DNA of 64,000 nucleotides from Candidatus Faecousia excrementigallinarum (GCA_018713285.1 DVFK01000107.1:2715-66714), one strand, 5' to 3'. Shown: positions 1 through 10,879, numbered from the stretch's first letter. Program-made: numbers and translations. The notes: generated by a model from the sequence alone, not told the origin.

Positions 1-219
1 GAGAAAATCCGTCAGGCAGTGGTGCAAGCCCCCCAGTACCGGGAAGGTTCTCCTGAAATTGCCATGTGCGGCGACCTGTACCGGGCGGTGGAGGCGGCTT
101 CCCGGGAGGCTCAGCCCGGGGACGTGGTGCTGCTGAGCCCCGCCAGCGCCGGATTTGACCAGTTCAAGAACTTTATGGAGCGGGGCAATGTGTTCAAAAA
201 GCTTGTAAAGGAGCTGTAA
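1..219 (+). CDS. murD: UDP-N-acetylmuramoyl-L-alanine--D-glutamate ligase, C-terminal end (partial)
   Basis: C-terminal [26 protein letters not shown] motif typical of MurD; ORF runs off the left edge. Confidence 0.9.
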   Translation, partial: EKIRQAVVQAPQYREGSPEIAMCGDLYRAVEAASREAQPGDVVLLSPASAGFDQFKNFMERGNVFKKLVKEL

Positions 220-221
220 CC

Positions 222-944
222 ATGGATTTGCGGCAGACGGCAGCAAAAATGCGTGAAATCATTCCGGTAAAATACTGCGGTGCGGTGATTGTGGCAGCGG
301 GTTCTGCCACCCGGATGGGGGGCATTGACAAGGTGATGGCCCCCCTGGGGGGAGAGCCCATGGTGGCAAAGACCATCCGTGCCTTTCAGGAAAGTCCGGT
401 CATCTCGGAGATTGTGGTGGTGACCCGGCAGGATCTGATTCCCCGGATGGAGGAATTGTGCCAGGAATTTCCGAAAGTCATTCAGGTAGTGCCGGGGGGC
501 GCTGACCGGGCGGCCTCGGTGGAGGCGGGGATCGGTGCTCTTTCCAAAAAAGTGAAGCTCATCGCCATTCAGGACGGAGCCAGACCACTGGTATCCCAGC
601 CTCTCATTGACAGAACCGTCCGGGCTGCCCACAGTTTTGGAGCGGCGGTGCCGGGAATCCCGGTGAAGGATACCATCAAGTCGGAGAACAAGGGCTTTGT
701 GGGGGAAACAATCCCCCGGGAGACGCTGCGGGCTATCCAGACTCCCCAGGTTTTTGACGAGGCCCTGATTCGGGGAGCCCTGAAAAAGGCAAACCGGGAG
801 AATCTCCCCATTACCGACGACAGCTCCGCCGTGGAGCTTCTGAAAATGTCGGTGAAGATTGTGGAGGGGGAGGAGAAAAACATCAAAATCACCACCCCTC
901 TGGATTTGGAGATTGCCCGGGTATTTATGGAGGCGGAAGTATGA
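222..944 (+). CDS. ispD: 2-C-methyl-D-erythritol 4-phosphate cytidylyltransferase
   Basis: [27 protein letters not shown] and [10 protein letters not shown] motifs. Confidence 0.95.
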   Translation: MDLRQTAAKMREIIPVKYCGAVIVAAGSATRMGGIDKVMAPLGGEPMVAKTIRAFQESPVISEIVVVTRQDLIPRMEELCQEFPKVIQVVPGGADRAASVEAGIGALSKKVKLIAIQDGARPLVSQPLIDRTVRAAHSFGAAVPGIPVKDTIKSENKGFVGETIPRETLRAIQTPQVFDEALIRGALKKANRENLPITDDSSAVELLKMSVKIVEGEEKNIKITTPLDLEIARVFMEAEV

Positions 945-1414
945 GAATCGGACACGGATACGATGTGCACAAGCTGGTGGAAGGACGCCCTCTGATTCTG
1001 GGTGGGGTGGAGATTCCCTATGAGCGGGGACTTCTGGGCCACTCCGATGCGGATGTGCTCCTGCACAGCGTGATGGACGCCCTCCTGGGAGCTGCGGCTC
1101 TGGGGGACATCGGCCGCCATTTCCCCGATACGGACCCTGCCTATAAAGGTGCGGATTCCATGGAGCTTCTCAAGGCGGTGGAGAAGAAGATTGCCGCCAG
1201 AGGCTACCGGGTGGGGAACGTGGATGTGACCATGATTGCCCAAAGACCCAAGCTGAAAGATTACATTGGGGTCATGGAAGCCAACATTTCGGAGGCTTTG
1301 GGGGTATCCCGGGACCGGATCAATGTGAAAGCCACCACCGAGGAGCACCTGGGCTTTACCGGGGAAGGACTGGGAATGTCCTGCCATGCGGTGTGCATTC
1401 TGGAAGAAATATAG
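941..1414 (+). CDS. ispF: 2-C-methyl-D-erythritol 2,4-cyclodiphosphate synthase
   Basis: [26 protein letters not shown] and KATTEE motifs; ATGA overlap with ispD. Confidence 0.97.
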   Translation: MRIGHGYDVHKLVEGRPLILGGVEIPYERGLLGHSDADVLLHSVMDALLGAAALGDIGRHFPDTDPAYKGADSMELLKAVEKKIAARGYRVGNVDVTMIAQRPKLKDYIGVMEANISEALGVSRDRINVKATTEEHLGFTGEGLGMSCHAVCILEEI

Positions 1415-1419
1415 GAGCC

Positions 1420-1465
1420 AATCACCTTCCGGGGCGGAGATTCCCCCGGAGGGTGATTGATTTTT
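1420..1465 (+). terminator. probable intrinsic terminator after ispF
   Basis: aatcaccttccgggg...ccccggagggtgatt hairpin followed by a T-run. Confidence 0.6.
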
Positions 1466-1499
1466 TCTCCGAGAATTTATGAAAAAAATGTGAAACCTA

Positions 1500-1528
1500 T
1501 TGCTATCCATCCGCCAATCCGCTATAAT
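1500..1528 (+). promoter_or_regulatory. sigma-A type promoter for cdaA operon
   Basis: TTGCTA-17 bp-TATAAT upstream of the cdaA RBS (aggaaagga). Confidence 0.6.
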
Positions 1529-1604
1529 GGTACGGATAATAGGGTAGTTATGCAGAAAGTGTACCCTGTTTTGAAAACAGGCGGAAAGGGGAACAGGAAA
1601 GGAC

Positions 1605-2474
1605 ATGGAAGCCATTCAGAATTTGTTCCAACAGGTGGGCAGAATGCAATGGACAGATTATCTGGACATTATCATTGTTGCCTTTCTGATTTATTGGCTG
1701 CTGCCGCTGCTGCGTACCACGGGCACCGGAAGAATTGCCAAGATTGTGGTTGCCATACTGATTGTGGCATCTCTGACGGAGGTTTTGAATCTATATACCC
1801 TTCGCTTTATTATCAATCAATTTCTGGCCATTGGCCTTTTGGCATTGGTGGTGCTGTTCCAGCCGGAGCTGCGGCGGATGATTGACCACCTGAGTAACGT
1901 AAAGCTGAAACGGCTCTTTTCCGGGGAGAAAATCCAGGAGGAGATGCTGCCCGTCATCGCCCAGACGGTGCGAGCCTGCGAGGTGATGAGCCGGGAGAAG
2001 GTGGGAGCCCTCATCGTATTCGCCCGGGACAGCCGGCTGGAGGAGTACTTCAAAACCGGCACCATCATCAACGGCCAGGTCTCCGAGCAGCTGATTCGCA
2101 ACATCTTCTTCCCCAAGGCAGCGCTCCACGACGGGGCTATGATTATCCGGGACGGCTGCATTGCCGCTGCCGGCTGTGTGCTGCCCCTGTCTGAGAGTGA
2201 CCGGCTGAGTGCGGATTTGGGAACCCGGCACCGGGCCGGTGTGGGCATGAGCGAAAACTCCGATGCGGTGGTGGTGATTGTTTCCGAGGAAACCGGTGCC
2301 ATCTCCGTAGCCATCGGCGGTATGCTCAAGCGCCACCTGGCACCCCAGACCCTGGAGCGTTTGCTGCGGAACGAACTGTGTCATGACCAGCCGGAGCAGG
2401 AGCAGGGCCTGGTGGTAACCCTGCGGCAGAAGCTCCATAAGTGGGATAAAGGAGGCCATAAGGATGAGAAATAA
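1605..2474 (+). CDS. cdaA: diadenylate cyclase CdaA/DacA
   Basis: Three N-terminal TM helices, FQPELRR, LHDGA and GTRHRA motifs. Confidence 0.95.
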   Translation: MEAIQNLFQQVGRMQWTDYLDIIIVAFLIYWLLPLLRTTGTGRIAKIVVAILIVASLTEVLNLYTLRFIINQFLAIGLLALVVLFQPELRRMIDHLSNVKLKRLFSGEKIQEEMLPVIAQTVRACEVMSREKVGALIVFARDSRLEEYFKTGTIINGQVSEQLIRNIFFPKAALHDGAMIIRDGCIAAAGCVLPLSESDRLSADLGTRHRAGVGMSENSDAVVVIVSEETGAISVAIGGMLKRHLAPQTLERLLRNELCHDQPEQEQGLVVTLRQKLHKWDKGGHKDEK

Positions 2475-3690
2475 GGTACTTACCGCACTGTTTTCCCTGG
2501 CGGTTGCCTTCGGCCTGTGGCTGTATGTGATTACGGTGGTAAGCCCCGGCTCTGAGGCTACCTTCTACAATATCCCTGTGGTTTTCCAGGGGGAAGGGGA
2601 GCTGACCAACCGGGGACTGATGATTGCCTCCGAGGATACCCCCACCGTAAACCTGAAAATCGCCGGCAACCGTTCGGATTTGAACAACCTCAACTCCTCC
2701 AACATTACGGTGATTGCGGATGTGTCCAAAATCTGGGAGGCTGGAACAGCCACTTTGGACTATACCGTCTCCTATCCCGGCAACATCCGGGAGGACTCCA
2801 TGACCATCATCAGCAAAAACCCCGGCAAGATTGAGCTGGATGTGGAGGAGCGGATTAACAAGACTGTCAATGTGGTGGTGGACTATATCGGCTCTGTGCC
2901 GGATGGCTTCATCTGCGACAAGGACAACATTGAGATGGATATTCCCACCATCCGGGTCACCGGACCCAAGCCGGTGGTGGACCAGATTGAAAGCGCCAGA
3001 ATCCAGGTGGATTTGTCCGGCAAGACCCAGACCATTTCCGACCGGTTCACCTACACCCTGTGCGACAAGGACGGCAACCCGGTGGATGCCCAGCTGATTG
3101 AGACCAACGCCGAAGCGGTGAACATTGTGCTGACCATCCAGCGAGTGAAGGAAATCCAGCTGGTTGTGGAGGTAAAGGACGGCGGCGGCGCTACGGCCCA
3201 GACCAGTACCATCACCGTGGAACCCTCCAGCATTATGGTGTCCGGCAGCGAGAGCCTGTTGGAGAAGCTGGACAGCCAGTATGTGATTGGCACCATTGAT
3301 TTGGGTATGATTCAGGAGGATACAGAGCGGGTTTTTGCTCTGGAGCTTCCCGAGGGTATTAACAACGAAACCGGAATTACAGAGGTAACGGTGAAGGTGG
3401 AGTTCCCCCAGCTGGGAACCAAAACCCTCCAGGTCAACCGGTTCCAGGCCAGGAACGTTCCGGATGGATTGAATGTGGAGTTTATCACCCAGAATCTGGA
3501 AATCAAAATCCGTGGTCCCAAGGCCCAGGTGGAGGCCATTACCGCCAATGATGTGACCGTGGTGGTGGACTTTACCGGTGCCGAACCCGGCACCATCAAG
3601 CTGAAGGCGGAAGTGGTTTTTGATGAAGCCTATGGAGATGTGGGCGTGTTGGGCACCCCGACGGTGACAGCAACCCTGACGAAAGAATAA
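2464..3690 (+). CDS. cdaR: CdaR / YbbR-repeat regulator of diadenylate cyclase
   Basis: N-terminal TM (LWLYV), repeated VTGP/IRGP YbbR-like units, directly downstream of cdaA. Confidence 0.88.
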   Translation: MRNKVLTALFSLAVAFGLWLYVITVVSPGSEATFYNIPVVFQGEGELTNRGLMIASEDTPTVNLKIAGNRSDLNNLNSSNITVIADVSKIWEAGTATLDYTVSYPGNIREDSMTIISKNPGKIELDVEERINKTVNVVVDYIGSVPDGFICDKDNIEMDIPTIRVTGPKPVVDQIESARIQVDLSGKTQTISDRFTYTLCDKDGNPVDAQLIETNAEAVNIVLTIQRVKEIQLVVEVKDGGGATAQTSTITVEPSSIMVSGSESLLEKLDSQYVIGTIDLGMIQEDTERVFALELPEGINNETGITEVTVKVEFPQLGTKTLQVNRFQARNVPDGLNVEFITQNLEIKIRGPKAQVEAITANDVTVVVDFTGAEPGTIKLKAEVVFDEAYGDVGVLGTPTVTATLTKE

Positions 3691-3714
3691 AATCTGGAAA
3701 AGGGGATTATTGCA

Positions 3715-4593
3715 GTGATTAAAAGTATGACGGGATACGGCCGTGCCGTGGAAACGGTGAACGGCAGAGAATTTACCGTGGAAATCCGCTCCGTGAATAA
3801 TCGTTACCTGGACTGCTCCGTGCGCCTGCCCAGAAACCTGGCGTTCTGCGAAGATGCGGTGAAGCAGGCGGTGAAAGCCTCCATTTCCAGAGGCAAGACG
3901 GAGGTGTATGTCACCCTCCGGACGGAAAGCGGCGAGGAAGTCAAAATCAGCTTGAACAAGCCTGTGGTGGAAGGATACCTGGAAGCCATGGGACAGATGG
4001 TAAAGGAATACGGGGTGAAGGATGACATTTCCGTGTCGGTACTCTCCCGGATGCCGGATGTGTTTGCAGTGGAAAAGCCCCAGGTGGACGAGGAACAGCT
4101 GCAAAAGGATTTGCTGGGGGTTGTCTCCCAGGCTCTGGCGGGCTTTGACGCCATGCGTACCACCGAAGGCCAGGCTATGGCGGAGGACCTGCGGAGCCGC
4201 GGTCAGACCATCTTGCACCTGGTGGAGCAGGTGGAAGCCGGCAACGGCCAGACCGTGGCAGACTACCGGGCCCGGCTGGAGGCAAAGCTCCGGGAGGTGC
4301 TGGAGAATACCGCCATTGACGAGGGAAGAATCCTGACGGAAGCGGCGATTTTTGCAGACAAGGTGGCGGTGGATGAGGAAACCGTCCGTCTGCGCAGCCA
4401 CCTGAGCCAGATGAACACCATGCTGGACGGGGGCGGCGCCGTAGGCCGGAAGCTGGACTTCCTTCTCCAGGAGATGAACCGGGAGGCCAATACCATCGGC
4501 TCCAAGTGCACGGATGTGCGGCTGGCCCGGGTGGTTGTGGACATCAAGGCCGAGCTGGAAAAAATCCGGGAACAGACCCAGAACATCGAGTAA
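3715..4593 (+). CDS. yicC: YicC/YloC family endoribonuclease
   Basis: MIKSMTGYG, SVNNRYLD, GRKLDFLLQEMNREANTIGSK and REQTQNIE motifs; GTG start. Confidence 0.95.
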   Translation: MIKSMTGYGRAVETVNGREFTVEIRSVNNRYLDCSVRLPRNLAFCEDAVKQAVKASISRGKTEVYVTLRTESGEEVKISLNKPVVEGYLEAMGQMVKEYGVKDDISVSVLSRMPDVFAVEKPQVDEEQLQKDLLGVVSQALAGFDAMRTTEGQAMAEDLRSRGQTILHLVEQVEAGNGQTVADYRARLEAKLREVLENTAIDEGRILTEAAIFADKVAVDEETVRLRSHLSQMNTMLDGGGAVGRKLDFLLQEMNREANTIGSKCTDVRLARVVVDIKAELEKIREQTQNIE

Positions 4594-4597
4594 GCCT

Positions 4598-4873
4598 ATG
4601 GAAATGAAGCTCATCAATATCGGATTTGGCAGCCTGATTGCCGCCGGACGGGTGCTTTCCGTGCTGGAGCCGGATTCCGCCCCCATCAAGCGGGTGGTGC
4701 AGGAGGCCCGGGAGCGGGGAATGCTCATCGACGCTTCCTACGGCAGAAAGACCAAATCGGTGATTTTAATGGATACGGACCATGTGATCCTCAGCGCTCT
4801 GACCCCGGAAATTCTGGCAGGCCGTTGGAGCGAAAAGACACAGAATATGATACAGGAGGACGAAAATGGATAA
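4598..4873 (+). CDS. remA: RemA/DUF370 family regulator
   Basis: KLINIGFG...SAPIKR...LIDASYGRKTKSVILMDTDHVILSA; conserved yloC-remA-gmk-rpoZ order; start may be 4598 or 4604. Confidence 0.9.
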   Translation: MEMKLINIGFGSLIAAGRVLSVLEPDSAPIKRVVQEARERGMLIDASYGRKTKSVILMDTDHVILSALTPEILAGRWSEKTQNMIQEDENG

Positions 4874-5423
4874 AGGCTGTATTTTTGTGATTTCCGGAAC
4901 CTCCGGTGTGGGAAAGAGCACGGTTCTGGCAAAGGTGATGGAAAAGCGGAAGGATTTGATTTTCTCTGTCTCCGCCACCACCCGAGCCCCCCGCCCCGGT
5001 GAAAAGGAAGGTGTGGACTACTACTTCGTCACCCAGGAGCAGTTCCGGAAGATGATTGACCAGGACGAATTCCTGGAATACGATGCCCACATGAACAATT
5101 CCTACGGAACCCCCAAAGCTCAGGTGGAGGAGAAGCGGAAAAAGGGTCATGTGATTCTGGACATCGACCCCAACGGTGCCTATCAGGTCCGGACATCCTG
5201 CCCGGAAGCGGTGCTGATTTTCATTGCCCCTCCCTCCATGGAGGAGCTGGAGCGGCGGCTCCGGGGCCGGGGAGACACCTCCCCTGAGCAGATGGAGCTG
5301 CGGCTTCACCGGGCCCGGTGGGAGCTGGCTCAGCAGGAAAAGTATGACTATGTGGTAGTCAATAACCAGGTGGATACCTGTGTGGATGAAATACTGAAGA
5401 TTATTGCGGAAAAAGCAAACTAA
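4866..5423 (+). CDS. gmk: guanylate kinase
   Basis: SGTSGVGKST P-loop, SATTRAPRPGE..GVDYYF and YGTP motifs. Confidence 0.97.
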   Translation: MDKGCIFVISGTSGVGKSTVLAKVMEKRKDLIFSVSATTRAPRPGEKEGVDYYFVTQEQFRKMIDQDEFLEYDAHMNNSYGTPKAQVEEKRKKGHVILDIDPNGAYQVRTSCPEAVLIFIAPPSMEELERRLRGRGDTSPEQMELRLHRARWELAQQEKYDYVVVNNQVDTCVDEILKIIAEKAN

Positions 5424-5444
5424 GATTTTGGAGGAATTGAGATT

Positions 5445-5651
5445 ATGTTGTACCCCCCTGTTGCAGATATGCTGAAGAATGTGGATAACCGTTACCTGCT
5501 GGTGAACGTGGTTGCCCAACGGGCCAGAGAGATTGCTGCCCATGCAGAGGAGATGCAGGAGGAACTGCCGGAGAAGCCCGTGACCATGGCCATCTGGGAA
5601 GTGGCTGACGGCCAGCTGGCAGCTACCCTGAAAGACGAATACAAGAAATAA
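5445..5651 (+). CDS. rpoZ: RNA polymerase omega subunit
   Basis: MLYPP..NRYLLVNVVAQRAREI..KPVTMA; follows gmk. Confidence 0.93.
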   Translation: MLYPPVADMLKNVDNRYLLVNVVAQRAREIAAHAEEMQEELPEKPVTMAIWEVADGQLAATLKDEYKK

Positions 5652-5686
5652 GTTTCGGGTAGAATACCCAATCAAGGAGGGGCTTT

Positions 5687-8131
5687 ATGATTGCAAGAAT
5701 TGCTGTTTCTGCGGCTACTTTTGCCATTGACAAGCCCTATTCCTATTTTGTCCCTCCCTCCATGCACCTGCAGCCCGGTGTCCGGGTGATGGTGCCTTTC
5801 AGCCGGAGTAACCGCCGGGTGGAAGGGGTAGTGCTGGAGGTGGGGGAAGGCCGGGAGGAAAACCTCAAGCCGGTGGAGCAGGTGCTGGATGAGGAACCGG
5901 TGCTGTCAGAGACCATGCTCCAGCTGGCGGCGTTCCTCCGGGGACGGTGCTTTTGTACCTACTTTGATGTGGTGCGGGCAATGCTTCCCGGTGGATTGTG
6001 GTTTGAGGCAAAAGACAGCTATACCCTGACCCCAGACAGAAGCTGGGAGGACAAGCCTCCCCGCCAGCCGGAGGCCCTGAAAATCCTGGAAGCCCTCCGG
6101 GAGAACGGAGGCACCGCCTCCGGTGCCAAACTGTCCGGACTTATGGAGGAGGAGCCCTTTGACAAGGCAGTTGCCTACCTCCTGCGGAAAAAGTGGATTA
6201 CCGCCCAGCGGAGCCTGTCCCGGAAAACCCGGGACAAAACAGAGAAAATTGCGGTTCTGGGGGTGGAGGTGTCGGCGGCCCTGGCCTTTGCCGCCTCCCG
6301 CTCCAAAGCCGCCGCCATGCAGCGAAGCGTCATAGAGCTTCTGTGCAGCGTGGGCAGCGCCAGCGTCAAGGACATCTGCTATTATACCGGCTGCGGCACC
6401 CAGACGGTGAACCGTCTGGCGGATTTGGGCCTGATTCAGTTCCAGGAGCGACAGGTTCTTCGGTGCCGGGAGATTGTCCCGACCGAAATCGATGGCCCGG
6501 TGGTATTAAATCCCGAGCAGGCGGAAGTTTTTGAAGGACTGTGCAGCCAGCTGACCCAGGAATCCCCGGGAGGAGCCCTTCTCCACGGCGTTACCGGCTC
6601 CGGCAAAACCTCCGTGTATAACCGCCTGATTGAAACCTGCCTTTCCCAGGGCAAGCAGGCCATTCTCCTGGTGCCGGAAATCGCCCTGACCCCCCAGCTG
6701 CTGGGGCTGATGGCAGCCCACTTCGGACAAAAGGTGGCGGTGCTTCACAGCAGCCTGTCGGTGGGAGAGCGGTACGACCAATGGAAACGCACCGTCCAGG
6801 GAAAAGCCCAGGTGGTGGTGGGAACCCGCTCAGCGGTGTTTGCCCCCTGTCCCCGGCTGGGTCTCATTATCCTGGACGAGGAACAGGAACACTCCTACCA
6901 GTCGGAAACCAATCCCCGGTACGCCGCCAAAGAGGTGGCATTGTGGCGGGGACTGAAAGAGGGGGCGCTGGTGCTCTTCGGCTCCGCAACCCCCAGCATT
7001 GAAACCATGTACCAGGCCAAAACCGGCAAGCTTACCCTCTACACCCTGAAAAACCGTTACAACGGCAAGGCTCTGCCCCGGGTGGAGATTGTGGATATGC
7101 GCCAGGAGCTGAAACTGGGGAACCCCCTGAGCCTGAGCCTTCCTTTGCAGGAGGGCATCCGCAAACGGGCGGAGGCGGGGGAGCAGACCATACTGTTTCT
7201 GAACCGCCGGGGCAACAGCCGGGCTTTGGTGTGCGTTGACTGCCGGAAGGCGCCTGAGTGCCCCCGGTGCAGTGCAAGACTTACCTATCACAGCGCCAAC
7301 GGACGGCTGATGTGCCACTACTGCGGCTACTCCCAGCCGGCACCCAGTCGGTGCCCCACCTGCGGCGGTCCCATGAAGACCCTGGGAACCGGCACCCAGA
7401 AGGTGCAGCAGGAGCTGGAGGCCCTGAATCCGGAATACCCCGTGATTCGCATGGATGCGGATACGGTCAGTGCGGTGAACACCCACGAGAAGATTCTGGA
7501 GCGTTTTGAAAAAGAAAATATCCCGGTTCTGGTCGGCACTCAGATGGTAGCCAAGGGCTTGAATCTGCCCAAGGTAACCTTAGTAGGGGTGCTGGACGGG
7601 GACCTGAGCTTATATAACAACAGCTTTCGGGCTGGGGAGACCACCTTCAATATGCTGACCCAGGTGGTGGGCAGAGCCGGGCGGGGAGACCTGCCGGGGG
7701 AGGCCATCATCCAGACCCTGGTGCCGGAGCATAAGATTATCACCCTGGCAGCCCGGCAGGATTATGAGGGTTTTTATCAGCTGGAGCTGGAGCTACGCCG
7801 GGTGCAGCACTGTCCCCCCTTCGGGGATGTGGTGCAGCTGACCTTTTCCGGAGAGCAGGAGCCCCAGGTGATTGCCGGAGCGGTGAAGTTCCGGGACAGC
7901 CTCATAAGCTGCCTCTCCGGGCCTGAGTACCGGCAGGAGGCTTGCCGGGTGCTGGGGCCAGCCCCCTGCCCGGTGGTGAAGGTGAATTACCACTACCGTC
8001 ACCGCCTGACGGTGAATTGCCGGATGACCCAGCCCCTGCGGCTGTTGCTGGCCCATCTGCTGCGGCAGTTCTTCCAGGACAGGCAGAACAAGGGCGTCAG
8101 CGCATTTGTGGATGTGAACGGATACGAATAG
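5687..8131 (+). CDS. priA: primosomal protein N' (replication restart helicase)
   Basis: GVTGSGKT, DEEQEHSY, SATPS, Cys-rich zinc region, GTQMVAKG and QVVGRAGR motifs. Confidence 0.97.
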   Translation: MIARIAVSAATFAIDKPYSYFVPPSMHLQPGVRVMVPFSRSNRRVEGVVLEVGEGREENLKPVEQVLDEEPVLSETMLQLAAFLRGRCFCTYFDVVRAMLPGGLWFEAKDSYTLTPDRSWEDKPPRQPEALKILEALRENGGTASGAKLSGLMEEEPFDKAVAYLLRKKWITAQRSLSRKTRDKTEKIAVLGVEVSAALAFAASRSKAAAMQRSVIELLCSVGSASVKDICYYTGCGTQTVNRLADLGLIQFQERQVLRCREIVPTEIDGPVVLNPEQAEVFEGLCSQLTQESPGGALLHGVTGSGKTSVYNRLIETCLSQGKQAILLVPEIALTPQLLGLMAAHFGQKVAVLHSSLSVGERYDQWKRTVQGKAQVVVGTRSAVFAPCPRLGLIILDEEQEHSYQSETNPRYAAKEVALWRGLKEGALVLFGSATPSIETMYQAKTGKLTLYTLKNRYNGKALPRVEIVDMRQELKLGNPLSLSLPLQEGIRKRAEAGEQTILFLNRRGNSRALVCVDCRKAPECPRCSARLTYHSANGRLMCHYCGYSQPAPSRCPTCGGPMKTLGTGTQKVQQELEALNPEYPVIRMDADTVSAVNTHEKILERFEKENIPVLVGTQMVAKGLNLPKVTLVGVLDGDLSLYNNSFRAGETTFNMLTQVVGRAGRGDLPGEAIIQTLVPEHKIITLAARQDYEGFYQLELELRRVQHCPPFGDVVQLTFSGEQEPQVIAGAVKFRDSLISCLSGPEYRQEACRVLGPAPCPVVKVNYHYRHRLTVNCRMTQPLRLLLAHLLRQFFQDRQNKGVSAFVDVNGYE

Positions 8132-8147
8132 AAAGAAGGACGGAACA

Positions 8148-8624
8148 ATGGGACTGCGTAAAATTTTGACAGATAAAGAGCCGGCGCTTCATAAGGTCTG
8201 CAAGCCGGTGGTGAATTTTGACCAGCGGCTGCACAAGCTGCTGGACGATATGCACGAAACCCTGGCAGAAGCCGGCGGCGTAGGCCTGGCGGCTCCCCAG
8301 GTGGGAATCCTCCGCCGGGTGGTGCTGGTGGACAACGGGGAAGAGGTTCTGGAACTGGTGAACCCCACCCTGGTGGAAACCGACGGAATCCAGGAGGGAC
8401 CGGAGGGGTGCCTGAGCATTCCCGGCAAGTACGGCCTGGTAAAGCGGCCCTTCTATGCCAAGGTCCGGGCCCAGGACCGGAACGGCAACTGGTACGAGGC
8501 TGAGGGGGAGGAATTGACCGCCCGGTGCTTCTGCCACGAGCTGGACCACCTGGACGGCATTGTTTACACAGAGGTTATGGAGCGCTTCCTGTCGGAGGAG
8601 GAGCTGACGGAAGAAGCTGAATAA
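8148..8624 (+). CDS. def: peptide deformylase
   Basis: GVGLAAPQ, EGCLS and HELDHLDG motifs. Confidence 0.97.
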   Translation: MGLRKILTDKEPALHKVCKPVVNFDQRLHKLLDDMHETLAEAGGVGLAAPQVGILRRVVLVDNGEEVLELVNPTLVETDGIQEGPEGCLSIPGKYGLVKRPFYAKVRAQDRNGNWYEAEGEELTARCFCHELDHLDGIVYTEVMERFLSEEELTEEAE

Positions 8625-8642
8625 AGGGAAGGAGACTTGCCC

Positions 8643-9557
8643 ATGCGTGTGGTATTTATGGGAACGCCGGATATTTCGGCAACCTGCTTAAAGAAGATAC
8701 TGGAGGACGGTTTCTCCGTGGTGGGCGTCTATACCCAGCCGGACCGGCCCAAGAACCGGGGCATGAAGCTCACCGCCTCGCCTGTGAAGGAACTGGCCCT
8801 GGAGAAGGGTATCCCGGTGTACCAGCCGGAGAATTTCAAATCCCAGGAGGCTGTTGACCAGCTGAAAGCGTTGGAGCCGGATGTGGTGGCGGTGGTGGCC
8901 TTCGGCCAGATTCTCCCCCAGAGCGTGCTGGATGTGCCCACCCGGGGCTGTATCAACATCCATGCAAGCCTCCTGCCCAAGTACCGGGGCTCTGCCCCTT
9001 ACCAGTGGGCGGTGCTGAACGGGGAAAAGGAAACCGGCGTCACCGCCATGTACCTGACCCGGAAGATGGATGCAGGCGATATGATTGACACCGCCGTGAC
9101 TCCCATTGACCCGGAGGAGACTGCCGGGGAGCTGCTGGACCGTCTGGCAGTGCTGGGAGCGGAGCTTCTCAGCAAGACCCTGGGGAGATTCTCCCAGGGA
9201 GAGGTGGAAGGGACAAAGCAGGACGAGGCCCTGGTGACCTACGCCCCCATGCTGGACAAGTCCATGAGCCCCATCTCCTGGGAAAAGACCGCCCAGCAGG
9301 TTCACGACCAGGTGCGGGGCCTGAATCCCTGGCCCATTGCCACCATGGAGCTGGAAGGCAAACGCTTCAAGGTATATAAGACGGTGATCGTCCCCGGAAA
9401 GTCCGGGGCAAAGCCCGGCACCGTGCTGGGACTGACCAAGACCGGCCTGCAAATCGCTTGCGGAGAAGGTGCTGTGGAAATTCAGATGCTCCAGGCAGAA
9501 GGCGGCAAGCGGATGAGCGCACCGGATTACTTCCGGGGCCATCCTCTGGGAGGCTGA
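8643..9557 (+). CDS. fmt: methionyl-tRNA formyltransferase
   Basis: FMGTPD, TQPDRP, NIHASLLPKYRG and MDAGD motifs. Confidence 0.97.
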   Translation: MRVVFMGTPDISATCLKKILEDGFSVVGVYTQPDRPKNRGMKLTASPVKELALEKGIPVYQPENFKSQEAVDQLKALEPDVVAVVAFGQILPQSVLDVPTRGCINIHASLLPKYRGSAPYQWAVLNGEKETGVTAMYLTRKMDAGDMIDTAVTPIDPEETAGELLDRLAVLGAELLSKTLGRFSQGEVEGTKQDEALVTYAPMLDKSMSPISWEKTAQQVHDQVRGLNPWPIATMELEGKRFKVYKTVIVPGKSGAKPGTVLGLTKTGLQIACGEGAVEIQMLQAEGGKRMSAPDYFRGHPLGG

Positions 9558-9559
9558 AA

Positions 9560-10879
9560 GTGAACGGACGGGAGACGGCCCTGCAGGTGCTGATGGCCTG
9601 CCGGAAGGATGGGGGCTGGTCCAACGGGGTGCTGAAAGCTTACACCGCCCGGAACCGGCTGGACAGCCGGGAGGCGGCTCTGGCAGCCCGGCTGTGCTAC
9701 GGGGTGCTGCAAAACCGGGGAAAGCTGGACTTTTACCTGTATCAGCTTCTGCGGAGCAAGGGAAAAGCCCTTCACCCTGTGGTGCGGGACATCCTCCACC
9801 TGGGACTGTACCAGCTGCTGGAAATGGACAAGATTCCCGATTCCGCCGCCGTGAACGAGGCGGTGGCCTTGACCCGGCAGTACTGCCCCGGGCAGAAAAA
9901 CGCCCCGGGCTTTGTGAACGGTGTGCTGCGAAACGCCGCCCGCAACCGGGAAACCCTGAAAGAGCCCCAGGACTGGGAGAGCCTCTACAGCCACCCGGCA
10001 GAGCTCATCTCCCTGTTCAAGGAGCGGCTGGGAGGCAAGCGGCTGGAGGCCATGCTTCGTGCTAACAATGAAATCGCCCCTCTGGCGGTGCAGGTGAACA
10101 CCCTGAAAACCACCGCCGAAGATTTGACAAAGATTCTGGCGGAGCAGGGGGTGGAAGTCCACCCACACAGCTGGATGAAAAACTGCCTGATTCTCTCCGG
10201 CACCGGCAATTTGGAGCACCTGAGTGCTTTCCGGGAGGGACTGTTCTATGTCCAGGACCCGGCTTCCAAGTTGGCGGTGCAATGTGCCCAGCTTCCTGAG
10301 AAACAGGATTTTCAGGTACTGGACTGCTGCGCCGCACCCGGCGGCAAGAGCTTTGCCGCCGCCATCGCCATGGGGGGCAGGGGTAGCGTTACCTCCTGCG
10401 ACGTTCACCCCCACAAAATAGATTTGATTCAAAAGGGCGCTCAGCGGCTGGGTCTAACCAACCTGAAAGCTATGGTGCAGGACGCCACGGCCTTTGTCCC
10501 CCAGTGGGAAAAGACCATGGATGCAGTGCTGGCAGATGTGCCCTGTTCCGGCTACGGAATCATCCGAAAAAAGCCGGATATTCGCTATAAAGACCCCAAA
10601 ACCATGGAAAATCTTCCGGTTTTGCAGGGACAGATTCTTGCCAACCAGGCCCGGTACGTCAAGCCCGGCGGGGTGCTGATTTATTCCACCTGCACCATTT
10701 TGCGCCGGGAAAACGAAGGGGTGGTGGAAAGCTTTTTGCAGGAACACCGGGACTTTTCCCTGGAAAAACTGCCCCTTCCCCCGGTTTTCGGGGAGGAAAA
10801 CAACGGGATGATTACCTTGATTCCCGGAGAACAGGAAACAGACGGCTTCTTTATCAGCCGCCTGCGGAGAGAGAAATGA
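9560..10879 (+). CDS. rsmB: 16S rRNA m5C967 methyltransferase RsmB (Sun)
   Basis: NusB-like N-terminus, VQD, DCCAAPGGKS, DVPCSGYG and YSTCT motifs; GTG start inferred just after fmt. Confidence 0.93.
   Translation: MNGRETALQVLMACRKDGGWSNGVLKAYTARNRLDSREAALAARLCYGVLQNRGKLDFYLYQLLRSKGKALHPVVRDILHLGLYQLLEMDKIPDSAAVNEAVALTRQYCPGQKNAPGFVNGVLRNAARNRETLKEPQDWESLYSHPAELISLFKERLGGKRLEAMLRANNEIAPLAVQVNTLKTTAEDLTKILAEQGVEVHPHSWMKNCLILSGTGNLEHLSAFREGLFYVQDPASKLAVQCAQLPEKQDFQVLDCCAAPGGKSFAAAIAMGGRGSVTSCDVHPHKIDLIQKGAQRLGLTNLKAMVQDATAFVPQWEKTMDAVLADVPCSGYGIIRKKPDIRYKDPKTMENLPVLQGQILANQARYVKPGGVLIYSTCTILRRENEGVVESFLQEHRDFSLEKLPLPPVFGEENNGMITLIPGEQETDGFFISRLRREK

Noticed and set aside
2326-4728. 800-aa minus-strand ORF
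   Set aside because: Antisense shadow of cdaR-yicC-remA.
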